A stretch of DNA of 63,922 nucleotides, filler included, from Chiloscyllium plagiosum (lineage: Eukaryota): assembly GCF_004010195.1 (NCBI RefSeq). It is 4 parts of one record of this genome, joined end to end, with 100 filler letters (N's around TTAATTAATTAA, not from the genome) between each part and the next. Parts side by side here need not be neighbours in the genome. Positions count along the whole stretch, not along the records: positions 15,701 to 46,730 come from NC_057711.1; 3 more parts are not named here. One strand, written 5' to 3'. The notes under the pieces were generated by a model. That model saw only the letters and a list, made by a program, of their open reading frames with translations. It made no database searches and was not told the origin of the DNA. Below, one piece after another: positions 26,230-38,465 of the stretch. The position numbers were made by a program, and so were the translations under genes. Position 1 is the first letter of the stretch, and every line of letters starts with the position of its first letter.

Positions 26230-27230
26230 AGTCCATTCCTTTCCAAATGTGAGTAGATCCTGACTCTAGTATGTTCTCCAATAATTTCCCTACTACTGAT
26301 GTAAAGCTCACTGCGTATCATTTCCGGTATTATTCCTGTTGTCCTTCTTAAACAAAGGAACAGCATTAGCTATTCTCCAATCTTCTGGAACATCGCCAGT
26401 GGCTAAAGAGGATATAAAGGTCTCTGTCAAGGCTCTAGAAATCCCCTCCTTTGCCCTCCCTCAGTATCCTGGGCTAGATCCCATTCGGTCCTAGAGACAT
26501 AACAACCTTAATGTTTTTCAAGATACTTGACACCTCCTGCTTCGTAACATTGACGTGTCCTAGAATTTAAACATGCCCCTCCCTAACCCCATTAACATCC
26601 TGTCCTTTTCCTTGGCTAATACAGATGTGAAGTACTCAACGAGTACCTAATGCACTTCCTCTGGCTCTGTGCAAAATTATGCCTGTAGTCCTTAAGTGAT
26701 CTACCTTTTCTCTAGATACCCTCTTGCTCCGAATATATGTACAAAATGTCTTGGGATTCTTCTTAAACCTACTTGCCAAGGACATTTTATGGCTGCTTTT
26801 AGCTCTCCTAGTTCCTCACTTAAGTTCTTTCCTGCTTCCTTTATGTTCCTCAAGAGCCTTGTTTGATTTCACTTTTGTAAACCTGACATATGTTTTCTTT
26901 CTGTTTTTACTTTCAGTGTCTCTTGTCATACAGTAAGACAGCATGGCTATCGATAACAAATAGTAATGGGCCCAACACCGACCCATAAGGCACTCTACTA
27001 ATCACAGGCATCCAGTCTGACAAGTATCCTTTCACTATTACCCTCTGCTTCCTATCATCAAGCTAATTTTGTATCCAATTCGCCAGCTCGTCTGGATTCC
27101 ATGCAATGTTACCTTCCAGAGCAGCCTACCATGTGGAACCTTTTCAAAGGCCTTATTGAAATACATGTAGACTTTGTCCATTGCCCTGTCCTTGTCAACC
27201 TTCCTGGTTGCTTCATTAAAAAACACAGTC
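26230..27230 (-). mobile_element. Degraded CR1 ORF2 fragments
   Basis: SFTSVVGKLLENIL; KVYMYFNKAFEKVPHGRL. Confidence 0.75.
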
Positions 27231-27639
27231 GGAGAAAACAGTGAAAGTGAAAATTAATGTCCATTTAGAAAGGCAATGTTGACCAGCATGCCTGTGTCAG
27301 AGAGAATTAGAATTATTGTCATGTACAATACAAGTACCGATGTACAAGAGTACAGGGAAAAGGTTACACTCACCTCTCATGATGCCATCTTAGGTGCAAA
27401 GTACCTAGGCACAAATCTTAGATACAAAATACAGAAATAAAGAAGAAAAAAGTTACAGTACCATACAGTGATTCATACTATAAGTTAGAAAATAAGACAA
27501 AGTTAAAAGGATAAACATCACAGTCAGATAAACAGATTACACACAAACATTACATTGCAGTACATCAGCACAGGGGCTTTCACATGTGGTCTGAGTGGCA
27601 TCACAAGCTGCTGACCACTTGCACTGGCTCCAGTGCCTA

Positions 27640-30020
27640 ACAAATCTGGTGGAGTTTTTCAAGAATGAGGGTAGGGCAGTTGATATAGTTTGTATGGATT
27701 TCAGCAAGACCTTTGACAGGGTCCTGTATGGAAAACTGATAAAGAGGTGGTAAGCAAGAAGAATCCAAATATTGACTTAGAGGTGGGAAGCAGAGGGTGG
27801 TGGTAGAAAGCTGTTTGTGGGACTGAAGCTCAATGTGCAGTGGCACTTCATAGGGATCAGTGCTGGTCCATCATTGTTTGTTATATTTACAAATGATGTG
27901 GTTAAGAATGTGAGAGGGATGTTAACTAAGTTTGCAGATGACATAAAGATTGGCTGGGTGTTGACAACGAGGAGGAAGCTGTTAGTTAGAGGAAGATAAG
28001 GCAAAAGACAGAAAATTTCAGACCATTTAGCCTACCCTTGGTCATGGGTAAGATCCTGGAATCCATTGCGAAGGATGTGATTTTGGAATATTTGCAAGTG
28101 TATGGTAAAATAGGGCAAAGTCAGCACGATTTCAAAGGGGAGGTCATGCCTGACAAATCTGCTAGAATTCTTTGAGGAAGTAACAAGCAGGTTAGACCAA
28201 GGACAGCCAATGGATATTACCTAACTGGACCTTGAGAAGGCCTTGAACAAGGTGGGACACAGGATGCTACTGAGTAAGATAAGAGCTCGTGGTATTAGGG
28301 TAAGGTGATAGAATGGGTAGAAGCTTGGCAGTCTGTCAGAAAGCAGAGACTGGGGATAAAAGGGTCCTTCTCAGAGTGGCAGCCGGTGACAAGCAGCGTT
28401 TGGTAAGGCTCTGTGTTGGACCACAACTGTTCACTTTGTACGTGAATGATCTAGATGAAGGAACCCTGAGAGCATTCTGGTGAGGTTTGCAAGATGACAC
28501 AAAGACAGGTAGAGGGACAGATAGCATTGAGGAGATGGGGAGGCTGCAAGAGGATTTGGACAGTTTCAGAGAGTGGGCAAAGAAGTGGGATTCTCTCAAG
28601 GTAAACTTGCAGGTTCAGTCAGTAGTTAGGAAGGCAAATGCAATGATGGCATTTATTTTCAGAGGACTTTAATATAAAAGCAGGGATGTACTTCTGAGGC
28701 TTGATAAGGCTCTGGTCAGACCACATTCGGAGTATTGTGCACAGTTTTGGGCCCCATATCTCAGGAAGGATGTACTGGCCCTGGAATGTGTTCAGAGGAG
28801 GTTCGTAAGAATGGTCCTAGGAATGAAATGATTTTCATATGAGGAACGTTTGAGGAAGCTGGATCTATACGATGGAGTTTAGAAAGATGAGGGGGGATCT
28901 AATTAAAACATGCAGATTACTGAATGGCCTAGACAGAGTGGATGTTGGGAAGATGATTCCATTGGTAGGAGAGATAAGGACCCGAGGGCATAGCCTTAAA
29001 GTAATGGGAAGAACGTTTAGAATGGAGAGAAGGAGAAACTTCTTCAGCCAGAGAGTCGTGAATCTATGGAATTCATTGCCACGGAAGGCTGTGGAGGCCA
29101 GGTCATTTAGTATATTTAAGACTTGATAAGTACTTGATTGTCAAGGGATCAAGGGTGACAGGGAGAAAGCAGAAGAATGGGGTTGAGAAACTTATCAGCC
29201 ATGATTGAATGGCGGAGCAGACTCAATGGGCTGAATGGCCTAATTTCTGCTCCTATATCTTATGGTCTTATAGAACTGAATTGGACAGATGGGCAATTCA
29301 GTGATATATGGAATTTAACTCTGATAAATGTGAGATGATGCATTTAAAACAAGGGAATACTCAACAAATCACAAAACATTAGGAAGTTCAGAGCTTGGGG
29401 TGCTTGTCCATCCTTCTCATGTAAGGTTACTTGCATGAGAAGCTTGCCTTTATCAGTCACGCCTTAAATTATAAGACCAGGGAGATTATGCTGGAACTGC
29501 ATAGAACTTTGATTAAGCCACAACTGGAATATCGTGTGCACTTCTGGCCACCACACTATAGGATGCAAGTGATCACATTGGAGGGGCTGCAAAAGAGAAT
29601 CACCAGAATCGGATGGAGTATTTTAGCTGTGGAGAGTGGCTGGATAAGTTTGTGTTGTTTTCTTTGGAGCAGAGAAAATTGAAGGGGGAGTTGGTAGAGG
29701 TGGATAAGATTATGAGAGGCATGGACAGGGTGAACAGAAAACAGTTGTTGTTCTTAGTTAGAGGGTTAATAATAATAAAGTAAAAGGTAGAGGTTTAGAT
29801 GGATAAACATTTTAACTAGGTAGTGGTGGGGGTTTGGAATGCACTGCCTGGGAGGGTATGAGGCAGGAAACCTCACAAACTTTAAAATGTATTTGGATGA
29901 GCACTTGAAGTGTCATAACATTCGAAGCTATGGGTCTAATGCAGGAATGTGGGACGAGTGTAGGCAGTTGTATAATTTTGGTGGTACAGGCTTGATGGGC
30001 TAAAGGGCCTCTTCTTTGAT
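27640..30020 (+). mobile_element. Nested CR1 RT/3' fragments (younger copy at about 28005-29270 inside an older copy)
   Basis: TKFADDIKIG; LEFFEEVTSRLDQG; EFRKMRGDLIKT...QRVVNLWNSLP; tail cttatggtctta. Confidence 0.8.
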
Positions 30021-30319
30021 TGTGTGATCATAAGGTCAGAAATGGAGATGTTCACTGATGACTGAACACTGTTCAGTACCATTCACCCAACACTATCTTC
30101 AGTGTACAGATAGGACTTTGTCTGTTCAATAATTATACTTTGGACATTCCTACGAACACGAAGTTGGATGCATCTATGATAGGTAAATCAATGAGTACCC
30201 GTTCTAGTAGGTTTATCCCTGATGTTGGCTCTCTCATAAACAAACATACAAATTAGGAGAGGAGTAGGGTAAATTATGTCTCAAGCCTGCTCTGCCATTT
30301 GATAATATGATTGAATCAT

Positions 30320-30500
30320 AAAATCATAGAGAACAGAGGCAGCCCTTCAGCCCATTGAATCTGTCCCACTTTTTCACACTAGGCCAATAGCCTTTATTGT
30401 CATGACACTTCAAGTGCTCATTCAAGTACTTGAGAGATTTCACAGCTCAACTGCCTTCCCAGAAGGGTCAATCCAAACCCCCACAAGACATGATTGTGGC
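30320..30500 (+). repeat. 181-bp direct repeat, copy 1
   Basis: Identical by eye to 32113-32293. Confidence 0.92.
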
Positions 30501-30514
30501 AAATCGTTTCTGAC

Positions 30515-30958
30515 CTCCTTGGATGGTGCTGACACGACGTGTATAAATCTGACAGCTGCTCTCTGTGTAATGTCCGCTGTGCACCCATGAACTGGACCGA
30601 TCTTGGTAAATCACAGAGAGAGTGATTTGATATTGGGAGTAGGGAGAGAGTCTATTGCAGGTCCACTCCTGGGCTACAACGCTGCTGTACGGCGTATCCT
30701 TAGATCTGCTCTCCCGTTTCCATTTCCTCTTACACTGAGTTCCATTGCTCTGCACAAACGAACACACCAGCCGGACCTGCAGCTGTTCCGGAGATAATTC
30801 GGATCCTGTGGAAGTCCTGTCATTATTCCTGTCGTAATTCCTGTCATTATTCCCGTAGTGAATCCCGACTGTCTTAGTGACAATCCCATTGTAAGTTGCC
30901 TGCAGTGTGATGCTTTCCGCTGATGAGCTTATGCTCAGGACATTAACCTTCACACTCG
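30515..30958 (-). CDS. Orphan symmetric exon (444 nt, phase 1-1) encoding a fibronectin type III-like extracellular domain; possibly a displaced, non-functional copy
   Basis: Acceptor tgtgttttctattccag, donor GTCAGA, 148 codons with no stop. Contains LSPYSQYQITLSVIY (FN3 L-x-P-Y-x-x-Y motif), ends VSTIQG, and has Cys residues and an NGT sequon. Phase 1-1 is typical of FN3 exons. Parent gene not recognised. Confidence 0.6.
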
Positions 30959-31673
30959 CTGGAATAGAAAACACATTCCAAAACTCAGCACAAGAATTTT
31001 ACACCAGACAGGATGGCATCGAATTCCCAACCACACAGCCCAGGGTGATCTCAGACTCCAGTGGACAGAGCCAGGTGTGATTCAGGGTCAGTACAAACTA
31101 AAACCCTCTCTCCAGTGTTCAGGAGTTCATGTTAAATAACAAGGTCAAAGTTCATTCTCTCCCAATGGGTGATACTTGATCCACCCTCAACCTCAGCTCC
31201 ATTACAGTTCCCCCCGAGGGTGACGTAGGGAGGGGGACTGCACCAATATCTGTGCAATATCACTGCAGCTGAGAGCAATGAGGGAGGATTGAATAGAAAC
31301 CGATAAACTTCTATCAGGGCCAGACAGGGGTCAACACAGGAAGAGTGTTCCAGATGACCTGGGAGCCCAGGGTCAGGGGTCTATGGTACAGGGTAGGCCA
31401 TTTTTGACAGAAATGAGGAGGAATTTCTTCACCCAAATAATTCTCTGCACCAGAGACGGCTGGAGACAAAACATCAAATGTTTTCAAAAAGGAGTTAGAT
31501 ATATTTCTCAGGAGTAAAGGGATCCGAGAGTATGGGGCAGAAAGCTGGAACAAGGGACTGTATTGGATGCTCAATGAAGATCACATTGAAGGGGCAGCAG
31601 GCTTAAAGGGCTGAATGTCCTCCTCCTGCTCCTATTGTGAGAAATGTTGTGCCCCATACCTCAGGAAGGATGT

Positions 31674-32120
31674 AGACCATAAGATATAGGAGGAGAAATT
31701 AGGCCATTCAGCCCATCGAGTCTGCCCTGCCATTCAATCATGGCTGATAAGTTTCTCAACCCCATTCTTCTGCTTTCTCCCTGTCACCCTTGATCCCCTT
31801 GACAATCAAGAACCTATCCATCTCAGTCTTAAATATACTAAATGACCTGGCCTCCACAGCCTTCCGTGGCAATGAATTCCATAGATTCACGACTCTCTGG
31901 CTGAAGACGTTTCTCCTTCTCTCCAATCTAAACGTTCTTCCCATTACTTTAAGGCTATGCCCTCGGGTCCTTATCTCTCCTACCAATGGAATCATCTTCC
32001 CAACATCCACTCTGTCTAGGCCATTCAGTAATCTACATGTTTTAATTAGATCCCCCCTCATCTTTCTAAACTCCATCGTATAGATCCAGCTTCCTCAAAC
32101 GTTCCTCATATGAAAATCAT
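31674..32120 (-). repeat. Inverted copy of the CR1 3' end at 28828-29268
   Basis: Near-identical. The ORF track shows both as MEFRKMRGDLIKTCRLLNGLDRVDVGKMIPLVGEIRTRGHSLKVMGRTFR. Confidence 0.9.
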
Positions 32121-32293
32121 AGAGAACAGAGGCAGCCCTTCAGCCCATTGAATCTGTCCCACTTTTTCACACTAGGCCAATAGCCTTTATTGTCATGACA
32201 CTTCAAGTGCTCATTCAAGTACTTGAGAGATTTCACAGCTCAACTGCCTTCCCAGAAGGGTCAATCCAAACCCCCACAAGACATGATTGTGGC
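32113..32293 (+). repeat. 181-bp direct repeat, copy 2
   Basis: Identical by eye to 30320-30500. Confidence 0.92.
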
Positions 32294-32299
32294 CACTAC

Positions 32300-34655
32300 T
32301 TTCCTCTCTACTCCCCACTCTTTGACCCCTTGTTAGTCAATAATCAATCTAACTTGACCTTAAAAGTTTTTAATGATCCTTCCCTCCACTGTAGTCTGGG
32401 GAAGAGAATTCCACAGAGAAATCTTGAGAGAAACAAATTCTCCTGATCTCAGTCTTAAAGGCAAGACCTCTTGTTTAGAAACAGTGTTACTAGTCCTAAT
32501 CTCCCACTCAAGAGCAATCTTCCTTCCAGTATCCACCCTGTCAAGTCCCATCAGGATCTTCTATGTCGACTAGGATTACTTCTAATTCTTCCAATGAATA
32601 AAGACCAAATCTGTCTAACTTTTCCTCATAAGAAAAGCCTTCATCCCAGGAATTAGTTGATAAACATTTCTGCACTGCTTCTAACACATTTATAACCATT
32701 CTTAAATCAGGAGACCAAACTCCTGATCACACTAGATTCTAATTGTGGTCTCACCAACATCCTGTATAATTCTAGCAAAACTTTCATGTTTTTACATTCC
32801 AAAGCCCTTGCAATAAATGACAACATCCCATCAACATACTAAAGATAAGCTAATGGTTCCGATGCAGCTACTGCCATTCGTTGCAAAAACCAATTTGGTT
32901 GACTTTAGGTAAAGAAATACATCCTAACCTGTCTGGTCTACATTGAATTCCAGAGCCACAACAATATGGTTGACCCTTAACTGCCATTTCAGTGATTAGA
33001 AATGGGTAAAAAACACTGGCCCATCCAGTGTCACTGATATCCTTGAAAGTACGACACAAATTGCTTTCCTGATCACTTGCTATACCAGCACACTACATAT
33101 TTCATATTCATATGCCAGGACTCCCAGATCCAGGGTTCTCATAGACTCATTCATGTTTACAACACAGGAGGCCATTCAGCCACTTCCTCCAAGCTGGCCT
33201 AAAAAAGGTTTGACCATATATAAAGTAGGAGCAGGAGTAAACCTATGGAGCCTTCAATCTGCTCATCCTTTCAACATAACCAGGAGGATCCACTATCTCA
33301 ATGCTACAATGAACTCCTTGATGCCTTTAATATTTAAAAATGTAACAATGTCTTTCATGACTATATTCAGTGACCCAACCTCCATACCTTCTATGGGAGG
33401 AAATTCCACAGGTTGACCATCCTGAGTGAAGCACAGCCGGTCAGGCAGCATCCAAGGAGCAGGAGAATCGATGTTTTGGGCAAAACCCTTTCATCAGGAA
33501 TCAAGCCGGAAACATCGATTCTCCTGCTCCTCGGATGCTGCCTGACCTGCAGTGCTTTTCTGCACCACACTCTCAACTATAATCTCTAGCATCTGCAGTC
33601 CTCACTTTCTTCATCCTTTTCCTCATCTCAGTCCTAAATGGCCCCAAATGGTTGTGATTCCAGTTCTAGACTCAACAGGGGAAATACCTTCCCTGCATCT
33701 AGTCTGCCTTAGAGTCCATAGACATGTGCAGCACTGAAACAGATCCCTCACTTGACCAGATATCCCAAATTAATCTAGTCCCATTTGCCAGCTCTTGGCC
33801 CTTATCCATCTAAATCCTTCCTATTCATGTATCCATCCAGATGTCTTTTAAATGTTGTAATTGTACCAGCCTCCAGCAGCTCCTCTGGCAGCTCGTTCCA
33901 TACACGCACCACCCTCTGTGTGAAAAGGTTGCCCTGTAGGTCCCTTTTAAATCCTGCCCCCTCTCCTTAAACTTATGCCCTCTCATTTTGGACTACCCTA
34001 TCCTAGGAAAACGACCTTGGCCATTCACCCTATCCATGCCCCTCATGATTTTATAAACTTGTATAAGGTCACCCCTCAACCTGCAACACTCCAGGGAAAA
34101 TAGCCCCAGCCTATTCAGCCTCTCTCAAGATCTCAAACCCTCCAACCCTGGCAAATCTTTTCTGAACCCTCTCAAGTTTCACAACATCTTTCCTATAGCA
34201 GACCAGAATTGAATGCAATATTCCAAAAATGGCTTAATCAGCTCTGTTAGAATTCTATCCATATCAATCAGATCTTCTGAACTCTGGTTCAACTAGGCCT
34301 ATACTCACTAATCTCATGCAACAGTCCTGTCATCCCTAGTCATAATCCAGTGAACCTTCCCTTGACGACCTCTATGGCAAATGTATCCTCTCTAAGGTAT
34401 GGAGTCCAAAACCACACACAATATTCCAGGTGTAATCTGCCATTAGAGATCCCTACTTCTGAACTAAAATCCTCTTGCAATGAAGGCCAATGTACCATTT
34501 GTCTTCCAAACTGAGTGCTGTGCCTGTCTGTCCCCCCTTTTTGAATGGTGTACAAGGACACCTAGAAAACTTTGTACATTCACATTGCCCAGTATAATAC
34601 CATTTAAATAGTCATCTTCCTTTTTGTTTTTCACACTGAAGTGCATAACTTCACA
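32300..34655 (-). mobile_element. Cluster of CR1 3' fragments, with an L2-tail/Deu-like SINE remnant (about 32860-33050) and a Penelope hairpin element (about 33429-33611)
   Basis: LWNSLPQ, HLEYCVWFWTPYLRED motifs; inverted pLTR halves. Confidence 0.65.
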
Positions 34656-34659
34656 TTAA

Positions 34660-36795
34660 TTCACAATCAATTATCGCCTTATAGTGTCCGTCCAAGAACC
34701 CAAACAATGGTCGTGAATGCCTCCCCTCTAACCACTGATGCCATGGATGAATCCAAAAAAGGTTTCTATTCCATCCTGGACACCAAACTCACCAACAATT
34801 TGAAGGAAGGTAAAATGATCATCCCTGGCAATATCCCTGTAAAGGACACCCACCTCTGGAATGGAGTGGCAAGGAAGGAGCTGGGAATTGAACTCCAATA
34901 TGATCTTGCTGCTCACTAAATGTGCAGAACAACAACCAATCATCACAAACACACTGATTGACCAAAACGACCAGTTCAAGACTTCTTGGAGGCATCCATG
35001 ATTAAAGCACTGACACATGAACATCTACACCATTATTCAATCCCAAAACTAAAAGGATGTTATTACCAAAGTGATAACCAATGTACATGACTGCTGGACA
35101 GACCACCACCTCATCCGCTCCTCAGTATCCAACAAACACCAGTAGAAGCAGCTGAAAACGAAAAGACGGTTCTGAGAAACACTTAACGTTCAGCAGTTTC
35201 AAGAGCCAAGCTGACCAATGAACTTTCAACAATCTCAAGAGAGTTAATTTTAATGGAGTGGAAGAAATCTGGAATCATTTGAAGACAGCCATCATCTCAT
35301 GCTGTGAAAAAGAATCTTTGGCTACAAGTCCAGTAACATCAAGACTGGTTCAACAAGAATGACCATTCATCCAAACCCTCATTGACAAGAAGAAGAAAGC
35401 TTTCCATGCCTGGCAAAAGAACACCATCATCAAGGTGAAGAGAAGAATTCGTCAAACAGCAAAGGCGGAGTTATAAAGGAGAATGAGGGAAGTCAAGAAA
35501 TAATGGCGGACTGAGAAAGCTAAAGAGCTGCAACACCTTGCTGACAAGAATGACATTCAGGGTTTCTTCAATGCCACCAAAGCAATATACTGACACCATG
35601 CCTGTGGACTCAAATCGGTTCAGAGTAAGGATTGAACCCTTTTGAGAGACAGAGAAACATCAGTTTCCAATGCAGAGAATACTTCAAACAACCAATCACC
35701 ACAGCACAGAAACAGACCCTTGTTCCAACTCGTGCATGCCTAACAAGTTTCCCAAAGTAAACTAGTCCCACTTGCCTGCTTGTGGCCTATATTCCTCTAA
35801 ACCTTCCCTATTTATGTTCTTATCCAAATATCTTTTAAATGTTGTAACTATACCTGCATCTACTGCTTTTTCTGGCAGTCCCTATTACTCATTAAATGTG
35901 GATGCTATCCTTTTGCAATTCATGTATGAGTTTTGTAGTTCTCATGCCTTCCCACCTATTTTGTGTCACCTGCAAACTTGACTATGATACATTCACTTTC
36001 CCCATCCAAGCCATTAATATAATTGTAAATAGTTGTGGCCCCAGAACTGATCCCTGTGGCACAGCATAAATTACCAGTTGCAATCCTGAAAATGCCCACT
36101 TTATCCCAACTCTCTGACTTCTATTAGTTAGTCGAAAAGTGTGGGTGCTGGAAAAACACAGCAGGTCAGGCAGCATCCAAGGAGCAGGACACCATAACCC
36201 CTTTATCTTCTATTAGTTAGCCAATCCTCTACCCATGCTAATATATTACCTCAACACCAGAGGAAATTCCTTACTCCCCTATCAAAAATAATTTTAGATT
36301 TCCACCTAGTCTGGCAGAAGTTGAAGCCACCATTAGAAACATGAAGAATGGAAAAGCCACAAGAATATATGGGATTCCAGTGGACATTTTCAAACTTGGA
36401 GGAGTAAAGCTTACCCATCATCTTCCTGAAAATCTGGGACAAAAAATAAATGTCTGCCAATCTGAGGGATGCTGCCATTGCTACCTAGTTCAAGAAAGGA
36501 GACAAAGTGGATTGAAGAATCTACCTAGTCTTTATTGCTGAGAAGAACATTGCCTGACTCCTTGTTAGGTGCCTTCTCTCAGTCCCTGAGGAAATCCTTC
36601 CTGAAACCGGTGTGGCTTCTGACCAAACCTTAGAACTATGGACATGACTTACACTGCTCAGCAACTTCAACAGAAATGTCAGGAACAACACCAACCACTC
36701 TACATGGCCTTCATTGATCTAACCAAAGCTTCTGATTCTGTCAACTGAGAAGTGCTATGGAAAACCCTGTCAAAGGCTGGCTGTCTAGTGAAATG
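34660..36795 (+). mobile_element. Degraded RTE-clade (BovB-like) LINE, interrupted at about 35695-36260
   Basis: APE motifs ESKKGFYSILD, LLTKCAEQQPIITNT, KTSWRHP, DCWTDHHL; RT motifs FKKGD, EEILPE, QQLQQKCQEQHQPLYMAFIDLTKA. Confidence 0.8.
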
Positions 36796-36796
36796 A

Positions 36797-37860
36797 TACC
36801 ATAAGATATAGTAGCAGAATTAAACCATTTGGCTCATTGAATCTGCTCCATCATTTGACCATGGCTGAAATGTTTGTCAACCCCATTCTCCTACCTTCTC
36901 CCATCACCCACCTTCTCCCATCACCCACCTTCTCCCATCACCCTTGATCTCCATACTAATCAAGAACCTAACTATATCTGTCTTAAATACATTCAATCAC
37001 TTGACCTCCACAGCCTTTTGCAGCAGCGAGTTCCACAGATTCACCACCCTCTGGCTGAAGAAGTTGTTCCTAAACTCGGTTCTAAAGTGTCAGTCGTTCA
37101 CATTGAGGCTGTGTTCTCAGGTCCTAGTCTCTCTGACTAGGGGAAACATCTTCTCCACATGCACTCTATCTAGGCCTCTGGGAATTCACTGAGATGCTCC
37201 TTCGTCCTTCTAAACTCCACTGAGTACAGACCAAGAGTCCTCAAACACTCCTCATATGACAAGCCCTTCAAGTCTGGGATCATTCTTGTAAACCTCCTCT
37301 GGACTCCTTTCAATGCTAGCACAAACTTCCATAGATATGGGGCCCAAAACTGCTCACAATATTCCAAATGCAGTCTGATCTGAGCCTTATACAGTCTCAG
37401 AGGACATCCCTGCTCTTGTATTCTAGCCCTCTTGAAATGAATGCTTACTTGCATTTGCCTAACTGCCAAATGAACATGCATGTTAACCTTGAGGGAATTC
37501 TGAACTAGGACCCCTAAGTACCTTTATGTTTCAAATTTCCCATTTAGAAAAGTCTACACAACTATTCTTCTTCCCAATGTGCATAATCTCACACTTTCCA
37601 AAACTATATTCCATCTGTCACTTCTTTACTTACTTTCATAGCCTGTTCAAGTCCTTCTGTAGTCCTTCCTCAACATTAACTGTCCCTCCATCTATCTTTG
37701 TGTCATCTGCAAACTTAGCAACAATGCCTTCAGGACCTTTGTCCAGATCGTTAACGTATAATGTGAATAGTTGTGGTCGCAACGCTGACCACCACAGAAG
37801 TTCTCTAGTTACCAGTTGCCATCCTGAAAAGACATATTTATCCCCACTCTCTGCTTTCTG
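36797..37860 (-). mobile_element. CR1 RT + 3' end
   Basis: FTLYVNDLDKGPEGIVAKFADDTKI; HLEYCEQFWAPY. Confidence 0.85.
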
Positions 37861-37863
37861 CGA

Positions 37864-38050
37864 GTCAAAGATGTGCAGATCAGGTGAATTGGCCATGATA
37901 AATTGCTCATAGTTGTAGGTGTGTTAGTCAGGGGTAAATATAAGGTAGGGGAATGGGTATGGATGGGTTACTCTTTGGAAGGTTGGTGTGGACTTGTTGG
38001 GCCGAAGGGCCTGTTTCCATATTGTAGGGAATCTAATCTAATCTAATCTA
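37864..38050 (+). mobile_element. HE1-type SINE, 3' half
   Basis: caaagatgtgcag...ggtgaattggcc, (AATCT)n tail. Confidence 0.8.
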
Positions 38051-38333
38051 TAGTCAAGGACAGTTCATGTGTGAATAAAGTGTGACTTGGTGACAGGATA
38101 CCAGCTTCCATGGAGTTACTTCAATGGTGATGACAGCAAAACATGATTTTGAAGAAATACACTTGCAACAGTCGTCTTTGAGTTGGGGTAAGTGAGAAAG
38201 GACATGATGGGAAAGCATCGAATTAAAGAAACTAAATAATGTCAGAAATAAAGCATCAAATTTACAAATGTAAAAAGTATCAGGTAAACTAGCTTAAATA
38301 AAGGTTTCAAGCTTTGCTGGGAAAAGCAGCAAG

Positions 38334-38465
38334 AGTGTGTTGCTGGAAAAGCACAGCAGGTCAGGCAGTAACTGAGGAGCAGGAGAATCGACGTTTTGAC
38401 TGATGAAGGGCTCCGACCCGAAACGTCGACTCTGATCTCCAGCGTCTGCAGACCTCACGTTCTCC
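38334..38465. mobile_element. Penelope-derived mini element, 17-bp TSD, hammerhead core
   Basis: TSD ctgggaaaagcagcaag at 38317-38333 and 38466-38482; CTGATGA-agggctccgaccc-GAAAC-GTC at about 38400-38428. Confidence 0.85.

Noticed and set aside
31130..31268. Possible second minus-strand exon upstream of the FN3-like exon (acceptor cattgctctcag)
   Set aside because: The open frame has no recognisable domain and ends in a stop without a convincing donor.
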